The notes under the pieces: model-generated
Told to the model about the DNA's origin: nothing
The model's input: the letters and a program-made list of their open reading frames with translations, nothing else
Databases searched by the model: none
Shown here: piece after piece, positions 19,046-27,500 of the stretch
Numbering within the stretch: the stretch's first letter is position 1
Layout of the letters: every line of letters begins with the position of its first letter
From: Dehalococcoidia bacterium
GTDB taxonomy: Bacteria; Chloroflexota; Dehalococcoidia; Dehalococcoidales; RBG-16-60-22
Assembly (NCBI GenBank): GCA_011192005.1
Contig: DUFB01000066.1
Coordinates: forward strand, 583 to 64,582
Direction: 5' to 3'
DNA length: 64,000 bases
Position numbers and translations under genes: made by a program

Positions 19046-19912
19046 ATGGCAGATAAAGCAATTCTATACGACGCTTCAAAGTGTACCGCCTGCCGTGGCT
19101 GTCAGGTAATGTGCAAGCAATGGAACGAAAACGACGAAGTTATCCCCACCGAGGAAAACGGAGTCGATTCCAGAAACTGGGGCAGCTACGAGAATCCTAA
19201 AGACCTTTCTCCCACTACCTGGCTAAAAATGAGGTTTACCGAGGTTGAAGAAAACGGCCAGATGCGCTGGCTTTTCACGCGCCAGGCATGTATGCACTGC
19301 ACCGATGCCGGTTGTGTCCAGGTTTGCCCCAACGGCTCGCTATACCACAACGATCTTGGTTTCGTGGCTTACAACAAAGATACCTGCACCGGCTGCGGAT
19401 ACTGCATCGATGCCTGCCCCTTCGGCATACCGCGTTCGGACCGCAACCTTCTAACCGGCATAGCCAAGATGGATAAATGCACGGCCTGCACTTCACAGGG
19501 ATATAACCGTATCGAAGCAACGGCGGCTGAGGCTGACGCGATGTACGAAAGCTGGAAAGGGGAGCTGATACCGGCTTGTGTTAAGGCCTGCCCCCCCGGA
19601 GCCCTGAAATACGGATATCGCGATACGTTAGTCGCGGAGGGCAGGGCACGTGTGGATTACCTGAAATCGCAGGGTCGGGGCAATGCCACCCTTTACGGTG
19701 AAAACGAGCTCGGTGGCCTGCACGTGATGTACGTCCTGGAAGACTCACCGGATGTTTACGGACTACCGGTATCGCCGTCAATTTCGGCGGCAACAATCGC
19801 TTGGAAAGATGTCATCCAACCGGTTGGCTGGGCTGTAGGCGGTCTGGCCATCGTCGGACTGGGATTAAACTGGCTGGTAGCTCGGGCCAACATCAATAAG
19901 GAGGCGAAATGA
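19046..19912 (+). CDS. fdnH: Formate dehydrogenase iron-sulfur (beta) subunit with C-terminal membrane anchor
   Basis: Four ferredoxin-type Cys clusters (CTACRGCQVMC, CMHCTDAGCVQVC, CTGCGYCIDAC, CTAC...C). C-terminal TM segment VGWAVGGLAIVGLGLNWLVA. Confidence 0.9.
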   Translation: MADKAILYDASKCTACRGCQVMCKQWNENDEVIPTEENGVDSRNWGSYENPKDLSPTTWLKMRFTEVEENGQMRWLFTRQACMHCTDAGCVQVCPNGSLYHNDLGFVAYNKDTCTGCGYCIDACPFGIPRSDRNLLTGIAKMDKCTACTSQGYNRIEATAAEADAMYESWKGELIPACVKACPPGALKYGYRDTLVAEGRARVDYLKSQGRGNATLYGENELGGLHVMYVLEDSPDVYGLPVSPSISAATIAWKDVIQPVGWAVGGLAIVGLGLNWLVARANINKEAK

Positions 19913-20547
19913 CACAGGTAGAGAAATATAAAAAGCCCGTACGCATACTTCACTGGATTCATCTGGTTGCCTTTGTGCTGCTGTTTTTAACCGGACTGGT
20001 TCTCTTTATACCGGGGCTGGGTTTCCTGGCTGAGGACAGCTGGACACGGGTCATTCACCGTATCGGTGCGGCAGTATTTATCATCGCTCCCCTTATCTAC
20101 TTAATCGTCAAGCCAAAATCGGTGTTGCACGGCATCAAAATGGCTTTCACCTGGGGCAGTGACGATATAGGCTGGATAAAAGCCCTGCCCGCGTACTACT
20201 TCAAGGGTGATGAGAGCAAAATGCCTCCGCAGGGCGAAATGAATACCGGCCAGAAGCTGTGGTGGCTGATTGTACTGGTCTTCGGTTTCCTTCTTGTTAT
20301 CAGCGGATTGATAATGTGGTTTGCCAAAACATCAGCTCCACCGGCGCTACTACAGTGGATGGTGTTCATCCATGATGTATCCTTCATTGTAGCGGGTGCG
20401 ATGTTCTTCGTACATATCTATAATGGACTGTTCCACCCTCTCTTCAACGAAGCCTGGTCCGCCATCTACCGCGGTACAATATCGGAGGGATACGCCAAGA
20501 AGCATCATGGCAAGTGGTATGCTGAATTATCCAAAGGCAAGGAATAA
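19909..20547 (+). CDS. fdnI: Formate dehydrogenase cytochrome b (gamma) subunit
   Basis: Overlaps the fdnH stop. Four TM helices with conserved His residues (ILHWIH, VIHRIG, FIHDVS, FVHIYNGLFHP). Confidence 0.85.
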   Translation: MTQVEKYKKPVRILHWIHLVAFVLLFLTGLVLFIPGLGFLAEDSWTRVIHRIGAAVFIIAPLIYLIVKPKSVLHGIKMAFTWGSDDIGWIKALPAYYFKGDESKMPPQGEMNTGQKLWWLIVLVFGFLLVISGLIMWFAKTSAPPALLQWMVFIHDVSFIVAGAMFFVHIYNGLFHPLFNEAWSAIYRGTISEGYAKKHHGKWYAELSKGKE

Positions 20548-20554
20548 CCAATAA

Positions 20555-21406
20555 GTGATAAAAGATACCACCAGCAAAATATACAAAAAACTTGCCGCGC
20601 AGGAAAAAGAGGAGGGGAGTCTTCCCCTCCTCTTAAAATTCTACAAAAGCCTTACCGGAATACAGGCAAAGACCCAGAAAAATATAGGATTGATTGAGGC
20701 AACGATCAGCAATCCGGTAATCATACAACGCCTCAAGCAGGGAATACCGCTGGTACGGTTTGAGGAATTTGCCATCGATGGGACTCTGGCCAAAACGACA
20801 TTCATAAAAGTAATAGCCTTGTTTTCTGAATATCCACAGCTGTTCGGTGAAATCCCGGAAAGGCTGAAAGCCACCATGGCAGGCCGGTTCCTCACCAAGA
20901 AAGCTCAAAAAGCATGGTTTACGGGTAAACCACTTCCCCCGACGTTGGCGGAGGGGATAAGCAATAACCTAATTCAGGCTATTCTCCAGGCCACGATGCA
21001 ACCGTTCCTGAACAAACACGCCCTGGCCCTGATTGACCAAGTAGAAGAGGACGCTTGGCGGCGTAACTACTGCCCGATTTGCGGCGGCAGCCCCGACCTT
21101 TCCTATCTGGAAAAAGAGGTGGGAGCCAGAGGACTGATCTGTTCACGCTGTGATGCAGAGTGGATTTATCAGCGGCTGCAATGTCCTTATTGTCGGAACG
21201 CGGAGCAGTCTTCACTGCACTTTCTCGAAGATGAAAAGGGTGGTTTTTACCGATTATACTTATGTGATAAGTGCCATACCTACCTGAAAACAATAGATTT
21301 ACGAAAAACCGAGGACGAAGTATTATTTCCGCTGGAACGCATCTATACGCTCGATCTCGATAACCAGGCCAGAGAAAAGGGCTATCATCCCCACAGTATA
21401 TCCTGA
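20555..21406 (+). CDS. fdhE: Formate dehydrogenase accessory protein FdhE
   Basis: Four CxxC pairs in the typical arrangement: CPICGG, CSRCD, CPYCRN, CDKCHTYLK. Confidence 0.85.
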   Translation: MIKDTTSKIYKKLAAQEKEEGSLPLLLKFYKSLTGIQAKTQKNIGLIEATISNPVIIQRLKQGIPLVRFEEFAIDGTLAKTTFIKVIALFSEYPQLFGEIPERLKATMAGRFLTKKAQKAWFTGKPLPPTLAEGISNNLIQAILQATMQPFLNKHALALIDQVEEDAWRRNYCPICGGSPDLSYLEKEVGARGLICSRCDAEWIYQRLQCPYCRNAEQSSLHFLEDEKGGFYRLYLCDKCHTYLKTIDLRKTEDEVLFPLERIYTLDLDNQAREKGYHPHSIS

Positions 21407-21563
21407 ATAATAACAGACTTGCACCATTCAACCGCTTTCGATAAGCAGTTGTTATCATCGTTGCAATACGGAGATTCTAGCTTCTAAAGTGGAGATAGGG
21501 TGACAATAGGCAGAACTTTTTCAATCTCCTTCGCGTTGAATATCTAGATTATCAAGTACTTCA

Positions 21564-21588
21564 GTTAACAAAATAAGCTTTTGTTAAC
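21564..21588. promoter_or_regulatory. 25-nt palindrome GTTAACAAAA-TAAGC-TTTTGTTAAC (candidate operator or hairpin)
   Basis: Perfect 10-bp arms at 21564..21573 and 21579..21588. A second perfect palindrome GACAATC-GT-GATTGTC lies at 21618..21633. Both are in the 445-nt AT-rich gap upstream of the LuxR-type gene. Confidence 0.45.
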
Positions 21589-21770
21589 CAATAGGGGGTC
21601 CATTTTTGACTAATACAGACAATCGTGATTGTCAGGAGTGAAATTAAGCGGACATTTTTTCCATATTCACACAACCGACTTATTGATTAAGCGATAGTTA
21701 AAAAGCACAAACAAGAGCATCGTAATAGCTTCCGGGAATGTAAACCTATAGGGCTTGAGCTAAGGCTAAC

Positions 21771-21799
21771 TTGACATCATTTAAAATGAAGATTATATT
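21771..21799 (+). promoter_or_regulatory. Candidate sigma70-type promoter (TTGACA-17-TATATT) for the LuxR-type gene
   Basis: -35 at 21771..21776 and -10 at 21794..21799, about 50 nt upstream of the ATG at 21852. Confidence 0.4.
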
Positions 21800-21851
21800 A
21801 TTGATACGTAAAATATTGACGATATATTAATTGTAATCGGTTAATAGATCA

Positions 21852-22982
21852 ATGCATACACTCACTAAAAATGATTATGATGACGCCTTAGATTTAATCA
21901 ATTGTTGCTTATCATGCCTGAAAAGCGGCGGGAAGACAGAAGAAATTCTTTATGCATTGCTTAAATCATTTAAAGCTGATCAGGCAGTTTATCTTTCCGC
22001 GTCTAACAACGATAATGGAGTTGATCTCTCAAATTCCTACGCTTTATGCCAGGATAAATCTTTCCTTAACCAATATGCAGAGTATTTCTGGCGTTACGAC
22101 CCACTCTATCAGATGCAATTTTGTCCCACACCTGATAACCTCGTCTTTAAAACTGATGATATAATACCTTATTCACAAATGGTCAAGCTCGAATATTACA
22201 ACTCATTCCTCAGGCCACAAAACCTGCTGGGAGAATTAATAATTCGCCTTTATTCCAAAGGTTATGTATATGGAGTTATTTCTCTCCAGAGATTTAGAGA
22301 GCACTCCAATTTCAATGTAAACGATACACAGAAAGCCTCTTTGCTAGTTCCCTATCTTAACAATATTTTTGAAACAGCAGATAAATTAATCAAAATAAAC
22401 GAAGAAAGAATGCTGTTGGAACAATGGATGGAGTCTCATTCAGAAGGTCTCATTCTTTTAGATTCCAAATTCAGTCCTCTCTATTGTAATTCAGAAGCTA
22501 AGCTATTTTGTTTACTTATGAATCATAAAAATCTAAGGAGACCAGACGGAGGTAAAGACGTAGATATTTCTATTCCTCTATCAATCGTACAAGATTGTAT
22601 GAACCTAACAACATCATCCATTAAAGAGGGCATATATAAACACTTTAGTAACAAGATTATTAATATTGAACAGAAGAAGTACCATATACAATACTTCCCG
22701 GTTTTGTTACCCTCATCAAAACTACCCTCACCACGATTTATTATATTTGTCAATGAACTGACAAGATATCGTGACAATGCGGAAGAAAATTACACAACAG
22801 AATACAAATTAAGCGAAAGAGAAGAGAGTGTTGCACGATATGCTGCTATTGGATTGACCAATAAGCAAATAGCTGAAAAACTGTGTATTAGCCCATTTAC
22901 TGTGCAAAATCATCTAAAAAGTATTTTCGGAAAAACAGGAATTGATAACAGAACAAAACTCGCAAACTTCATGAAATACTAA
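21852..22982 (+). CDS. LuxR-family transcriptional regulator with an uncharacterised ~300-aa N-terminal domain
   Basis: C-terminal LSEREESVARYAAIGLTNKQIAEKLCISPFTVQNHLKSIFGKTGIDNRTKL is a GerE/LuxR HTH. There is no receiver domain and no recognisable autoinducer domain. The gene is markedly AT-rich compared with its neighbours. Confidence 0.85.
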   Translation: MHTLTKNDYDDALDLINCCLSCLKSGGKTEEILYALLKSFKADQAVYLSASNNDNGVDLSNSYALCQDKSFLNQYAEYFWRYDPLYQMQFCPTPDNLVFKTDDIIPYSQMVKLEYYNSFLRPQNLLGELIIRLYSKGYVYGVISLQRFREHSNFNVNDTQKASLLVPYLNNIFETADKLIKINEERMLLEQWMESHSEGLILLDSKFSPLYCNSEAKLFCLLMNHKNLRRPDGGKDVDISIPLSIVQDCMNLTTSSIKEGIYKHFSNKIINIEQKKYHIQYFPVLLPSSKLPSPRFIIFVNELTRYRDNAEENYTTEYKLSEREESVARYAAIGLTNKQIAEKLCISPFTVQNHLKSIFGKTGIDNRTKLANFMKY

Positions 22983-23383
22983 GACTATCCATGATGTGAA
23001 TAAAGCCTAATCACTGATATTGGATAATTAAAGCTATTACTTTACAGCATCCCACAGAATTCACTTTTCACTGAAGAAGCTCTTTATTTGCCTCCAAACC
23101 GGGCCAGATACATATATTGACTACTCAGACCAACTTCTTGTTCTACTAAAAGATATTTCATTAAATTCTTGTTTGTTCTTTCCCCTATTTATAATCCAGA
23201 GCAAACAAATTAGCTGAAATGAGTTATTGACTTTCCAAATTCATAATATTTAATTAAAGATATACTGGTGTATTTATATAGTTGGTTACCACGTAATATG
23301 AAATTAATAAAATAGTATTACTTTCCAGAAACACTTAAACATTCTAAACACGATAGAGAAAATCAAAATTGAAGGAGTGAATA

Positions 23384-24964
23384 ATGAAAAAGTTATTCGT
23401 GTCTATGCTAATCTTGATATTATGTACTTTAATAGTTACTAGCTGTGCTTCTCCAGATCAGACAACTACTCCTACTTCAACAACAACTCCGACCACAACA
23501 ACTCCACCCACGACAACGATACAATCAAAATACGGGGGTACATTTAAATATATTGACCCGCGGTCACCGGCTAATACACTCGGTTGGCTGACAGAGCCTG
23601 GCCCTCCCCTCGGTTTATATGCGTGTACTTACCTTGAGGGTTTAGTCGGTGTTTACTATGATGGGACTATCTTCCCCATTCTTGCTACGTCATGGGATAC
23701 CGCACCAGATCTGAAATCAATTACCTTTACCTTGAGGCAAGGCGTTAAGTTTCACGATGGGTCTGACTTTAACGCTGAGGTGGTTAAGTGGAATTTTGAC
23801 CAGTATATTGCCGACCATCATTCTGGAGTGAAGGATATTGACTCAGTAGAAATAATCGACGACTACGCAATAACAGTCAACCTGAAAAAATATGTTAACA
23901 CGATATTCAGTACAATTTCAGGTTTATATATGATATCAAAAGTAGCTTACGATGAAGTAGGCAGGGAAGGACTGCGCTGGAACCCCATTGGGACGGGACC
24001 ATTCAAGTTCGAAAGTTTTGAGCGTGATGTCGTAGTGAAAGTTTCCAGATTCGAAGATTACTGGCAAGAGGGCAGGCCTTATCTCGATGCCATTGAAGCG
24101 CATTTCGTCCAGGATCCGTTGACTGCCCAAGCTTCTTTTGAGGCCGGTGAAGTGGATGCGGTAGGCGGCGATGTAGCCAGACAACTCTACGATTTACAGC
24201 AGAAGGGGTACGAAATATTTACAGTTTATAGCGGTGCTCATACATTGATACCCGATAGTAATAATCCAGACTCCATTTTAGCTAATCCTCTGGTTCGTCA
24301 GGCAATAGACTATGCAATCGATCGTGATGCTATTGTCAAAGCACGCGGTTTCGGTCTCTGGATTACCACTTATCAATTTGCACCTCCAAACGCGTCAGCC
24401 TATGTCACAGACCTGCCGGAGCGTAGGTATGACCCGGATAAAGCGAGGGAGCTTCTAACATTGGCGGGCTATTCCGAAGGTATCGATATTAAGATTATCG
24501 GTGATAGCTCTACTGCTGATAGAGACGCGGCTGTAGCGATACAGGGTTACCTCAGCGAAGTTGGGATTAATGCCCAGCTGGATTGGGTGGACTTCGCCGG
24601 ATTCGTGCAATATGTCATGGGAGGCTGGACCGATGCCATGCTCTTCTGTGCGAACGGATTTAATGCCGGGAATCTAAATTCCGGTATAGATTTTGTCTGG
24701 TCGCAAACTGCACCATTCTTCCCGAGCGTCTTAAAAACCGACGAGTTACAAAGGCTCATAGATGATTCTATGACCTCCCGTGACTACGACCCGGCACTGG
24801 TACAGAAAATACTCCGATATATAAATGACGAAGCCATGTTCCTCTCTCTCTATTGCATAACGCGGGGTCATGCCGTACAACCATATGTACACGACGCCGG
24901 TTTTGATAATACTCTTCTAGCATTAATGTCCTTCACACCGGCTGATACCTGGTTGAGTAAATAA
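23384..24964 (+). CDS. ABC transporter substrate-binding lipoprotein, family 5 (peptide/nickel/opine type)
   Basis: Lipobox LIVTS-C followed by a Thr/Pro linker (TTTPTSTTTPTTTTPPTTT). The body is DppA/OppA-like (GTGPFKF, RFEDYW). Confidence 0.88.
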   Translation: MKKLFVSMLILILCTLIVTSCASPDQTTTPTSTTTPTTTTPPTTTIQSKYGGTFKYIDPRSPANTLGWLTEPGPPLGLYACTYLEGLVGVYYDGTIFPILATSWDTAPDLKSITFTLRQGVKFHDGSDFNAEVVKWNFDQYIADHHSGVKDIDSVEIIDDYAITVNLKKYVNTIFSTISGLYMISKVAYDEVGREGLRWNPIGTGPFKFESFERDVVVKVSRFEDYWQEGRPYLDAIEAHFVQDPLTAQASFEAGEVDAVGGDVARQLYDLQQKGYEIFTVYSGAHTLIPDSNNPDSILANPLVRQAIDYAIDRDAIVKARGFGLWITTYQFAPPNASAYVTDLPERRYDPDKARELLTLAGYSEGIDIKIIGDSSTADRDAAVAIQGYLSEVGINAQLDWVDFAGFVQYVMGGWTDAMLFCANGFNAGNLNSGIDFVWSQTAPFFPSVLKTDELQRLIDDSMTSRDYDPALVQKILRYINDEAMFLSLYCITRGHAVQPYVHDAGFDNTLLALMSFTPADTWLSK

Positions 24965-24978
24965 TATTGTATACTTAA

Positions 24979-25017
24979 GGGGGGTCTCCTGGTAGGCTCT
25001 CCCTGCCGGGAGATCCC
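24979..25017 (+). other. Intercistronic hairpin after the SBP gene
   Basis: GGGGTCTCC (24981..24989) pairs with GGGAGATCCC (25008..25017): 9 bp including one G-U, with an 18-nt loop. Confidence 0.5.
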
Positions 25018-25039
25018 TAGTCCTCACAAGCGAATATAA

Positions 25040-25996
25040 ATGACGACTTATATTATTCGCAGGCTAATACAGTCTGTTTTCGTCCTCATTATCGTCACTC
25101 TGCTGGTTTTTCTTACGATGCATATCCTGCCGGGTGACCCAATTTTAATTTTTATGTCTTCGGGTGAGTTGAAAAATACCTCACTGGAAGAGATCGAGAT
25201 TCTCAGGCATGAGTTCGGATTAGATAGACCTCTCCTGATTCAGTATTTCGATTGGTTAGGTGGAGTGATCCATGGAGATTTCGGAATTTCGATTGTTCAA
25301 CGCGAACCTGTGGTAAAAGAAATTAACAGACGGTTGCCAATAACTCTACTATTAAGTTCTATAGCCCTATTTATCAGTATTATCATAGGCATACCGGCAG
25401 GTGTGATTTGTGCCGTAAGACGTGGTAATTGGATTGATACTGTGGTAACCATTATAGCAAATGCCGGGATTACTATTCCCGTTTTCTGGTTAGGGATAAT
25501 GTTAATCTATTTATTTGCTTTGAATCTGGGGTGGTTACCAGTACAGGGTTATACCTCGCCTTTTGTGGATTTTGTTAAGAGTATCAGGCAGATGATTATG
25601 CCCGTCTTTTGTCTAACTATATTCTCAATTTCCTCGATCACGCGCCAGACACGCTCCAGTATGCTCGAGGTTATGAAGCAGGACTATATCCGAACTGCCT
25701 GGTCCAAAGGCTTGAGAGAGAGATCGGTAATTTTCCGACACGCGCTGAAAAACGGCCTCATCCCAATTGTAACCCTGTTAGGGATGTCATTCAGCTTCAT
25801 TATCGGTGGCTCAGTACTTGTTGAGAACGTTTTTAATATCCCCGGAGTGAGTAGGTTGGTGGTCAACGCGGTATTCGTTCAGGATTATCCCGTGGTGCAG
25901 GGTTTCGTTTTGATAATCGCGGTGATAGTACTGCTATCAAATCTGATCGTAGATATTTCCTATGGCTGGCTCGATCCCCGAATCCGGTACGGATAA
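25040..25996 (+). CDS. Peptide-type ABC transporter permease (DppB/OppB family)
   Basis: 318 aa. Typical N-terminal YIIRRLIQSVFVLIIVTLLVF and the EAA-like loop MKQDYIRTAWSKGL. Confidence 0.9.
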   Translation: MTTYIIRRLIQSVFVLIIVTLLVFLTMHILPGDPILIFMSSGELKNTSLEEIEILRHEFGLDRPLLIQYFDWLGGVIHGDFGISIVQREPVVKEINRRLPITLLLSSIALFISIIIGIPAGVICAVRRGNWIDTVVTIIANAGITIPVFWLGIMLIYLFALNLGWLPVQGYTSPFVDFVKSIRQMIMPVFCLTIFSISSITRQTRSSMLEVMKQDYIRTAWSKGLRERSVIFRHALKNGLIPIVTLLGMSFSFIIGGSVLVENVFNIPGVSRLVVNAVFVQDYPVVQGFVLIIAVIVLLSNLIVDISYGWLDPRIRYG

Positions 25997-26035
25997 CATA
26001 TGTGATATCTGGAACAAGGAAAAAGCTTTAATAAA

Positions 26036-26905
26036 ATGACAAATGAGATAGAACCAAGTATTAGCGAATTCGCTTATATCAGGAGGGTGTTGTTAAGCCG
26101 GGGGGTAGTTGTATTTGGTCTTATCATCATCCTGATACTCATAATAACAGCTATTTTCGCTCCTTTGATGGCACCCTATGATCCTTATGATCAAGACTTG
26201 GATCAGGTTTTACAGCAGCCTTCCTGGGAACATCTACTGGGCACTGACTCCCTAGGGAGAGATACGTTAAGTCGTATCATCTATGGATCACGGAATTCAC
26301 TGATGGTGGGGTTGGTAGCGCTTTGCATCGCGGCCACGATTGGCATGACCATAGGATTAGTGGCCGGTTACTTCGGTGGTTGGATCAATACGGTCTTTAT
26401 GAGGTTTATTGACTCTCTGATGTGTTTCCCGATGATATTACTGGCGCTGGTACTCGCCGCCTTGCTTGGGAGTGGGCTTAGAAACGTGATGATAGCTCTT
26501 GGTGTTGCTATGTTGCCCGGATACGCCAGGTTAATGTGTGGCCAGGTACTTTCTGTAAAAGAAAATGATTATGTCCTTGCGGCACGTTCTTTAGGGACCA
26601 GTGATGCACATATTATACTCCGTCATATATTACCTAATTGCCTACCACCCCTAATAGTTTTAGTTACGATGCAGATAGGCGCGGCTATTCTGGCAGAGGC
26701 CGGATTGAGTTTCTTAGGAATTGGCATAGAACCACCCGGGGCTGCTTGGGGTACGATGATTAACGATGGTCGTGAATACATGCTGACAAACCCTATACTT
26801 TCATGTGCCCCCGGGTTGGCTATTATGCTGGTGGTTTTTAGTTTTAATATGGTAGGAGATGGTATGAGAGATGCTCTCGACCCGAGGCTCAGAGGTACTC
26901 TATAG
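26036..26905 (+). CDS. Peptide-type ABC transporter permease (DppC/OppC family)
   Basis: 289 aa. Contains HLLGTDSLGRDTLSRIIYGSR and the DYVLAARSLG EAA loop. Confidence 0.9.
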   Translation: MTNEIEPSISEFAYIRRVLLSRGVVVFGLIIILILIITAIFAPLMAPYDPYDQDLDQVLQQPSWEHLLGTDSLGRDTLSRIIYGSRNSLMVGLVALCIAATIGMTIGLVAGYFGGWINTVFMRFIDSLMCFPMILLALVLAALLGSGLRNVMIALGVAMLPGYARLMCGQVLSVKENDYVLAARSLGTSDAHIILRHILPNCLPPLIVLVTMQIGAAILAEAGLSFLGIGIEPPGAAWGTMINDGREYMLTNPILSCAPGLAIMLVVFSFNMVGDGMRDALDPRLRGTL

Positions 26906-26970
26906 ATTGGTCTTTTCTTGTGGTTTTTACCGTCATATTTATCGGCGTTGTTAGTGTTTATTAAAAGAGC

Positions 26971-27399
26971 CTAGTTTATATGCTTTTTGTATTCGGGCGC
27001 GAGCAAAATATCCAATACTATATAGGGTTTATCGACTCTTTTATGAGTTAGAGGACAATGCATCGTCCCCTTAGGGATATGGACGATAGCTGAGGATGTA
27101 ATGGTATGTTTTTCCTTTTCCTCACCCAGACATATTTCAACTTCTCCTCCCAGACTCTTCGAAAGTGGATTGCCCCCGATAAAGACAAGGAACTGGTCAA
27201 ATTCATGTGAATGCGTGTCCGAGACCATGACACTGGGCTCGGTGATAGCGGTTGCCGCTATGGAAAAGTCTTTTCCATTGAATTTCTTAATACCACTGGC
27301 ATGCGCCAGAATATGGTACTTACTTGCTATTGCTCCATCTTCCAACTTCGGTGGGGGAAATTCGGTTAAGACAAGGTGCTCATATTTTATTTTAGTCAT
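26971..27399 (-). CDS. Uncharacterised cupin-like protein, paralog 2 of 4
   Basis: DTHSHEFDQFLVFIGGNP...GGEVEICLGEEKEKHTI...IPKGTMHCPL...KPYIVLDI. Lies 101 nt downstream of amidohydrolase A1 on the same strand. Confidence 0.8.
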   Translation of the reverse strand: MTKIKYEHLVLTEFPPPKLEDGAIASKYHILAHASGIKKFNGKDFSIAATAITEPSVMVSDTHSHEFDQFLVFIGGNPLSKSLGGEVEICLGEEKEKHTITSSAIVHIPKGTMHCPLTHKRVDKPYIVLDILLAPEYKKHIN

Positions 27400-27500
27400 G
27401 TTTGACCTCCCTATCTTTTTTACACCATATTTCCGGTTTACGCTAAGGTTACATTAAGCCTGACCGATACTCCCTTAACCTGATCCAGAATTATCTCATG

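Noticed and set aside
21488-21504. Possible distal att repeat. AGTGGAGATAGGGTGAC matches 13 of 17 positions of the tRNA-Leu 3' end region AGTGGGGAAGGGGGGAC (49291..49307) on the same strand. It lies just after fdhE, where the AT-rich block begins.
   Set aside because: A 13/17 match in G-rich sequence could be chance. The adjacent recombinase is a serine integrase, and those do not generate long direct repeats (2-bp crossover). It is kept only as a pointer for a proper alignment-based boundary search.
23450-23520. Thr/Pro-rich repeat tracts in the two SBP genes: TTTPTSTTTPTTTTPPTTT here and TTAPTTQPTTTVP at about 4850.
   Set aside because: These are flexible linkers following the lipobox cysteine of lipoprotein SBPs. 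They are not DNA-level tandem repeats of regulatory or mobile origin.
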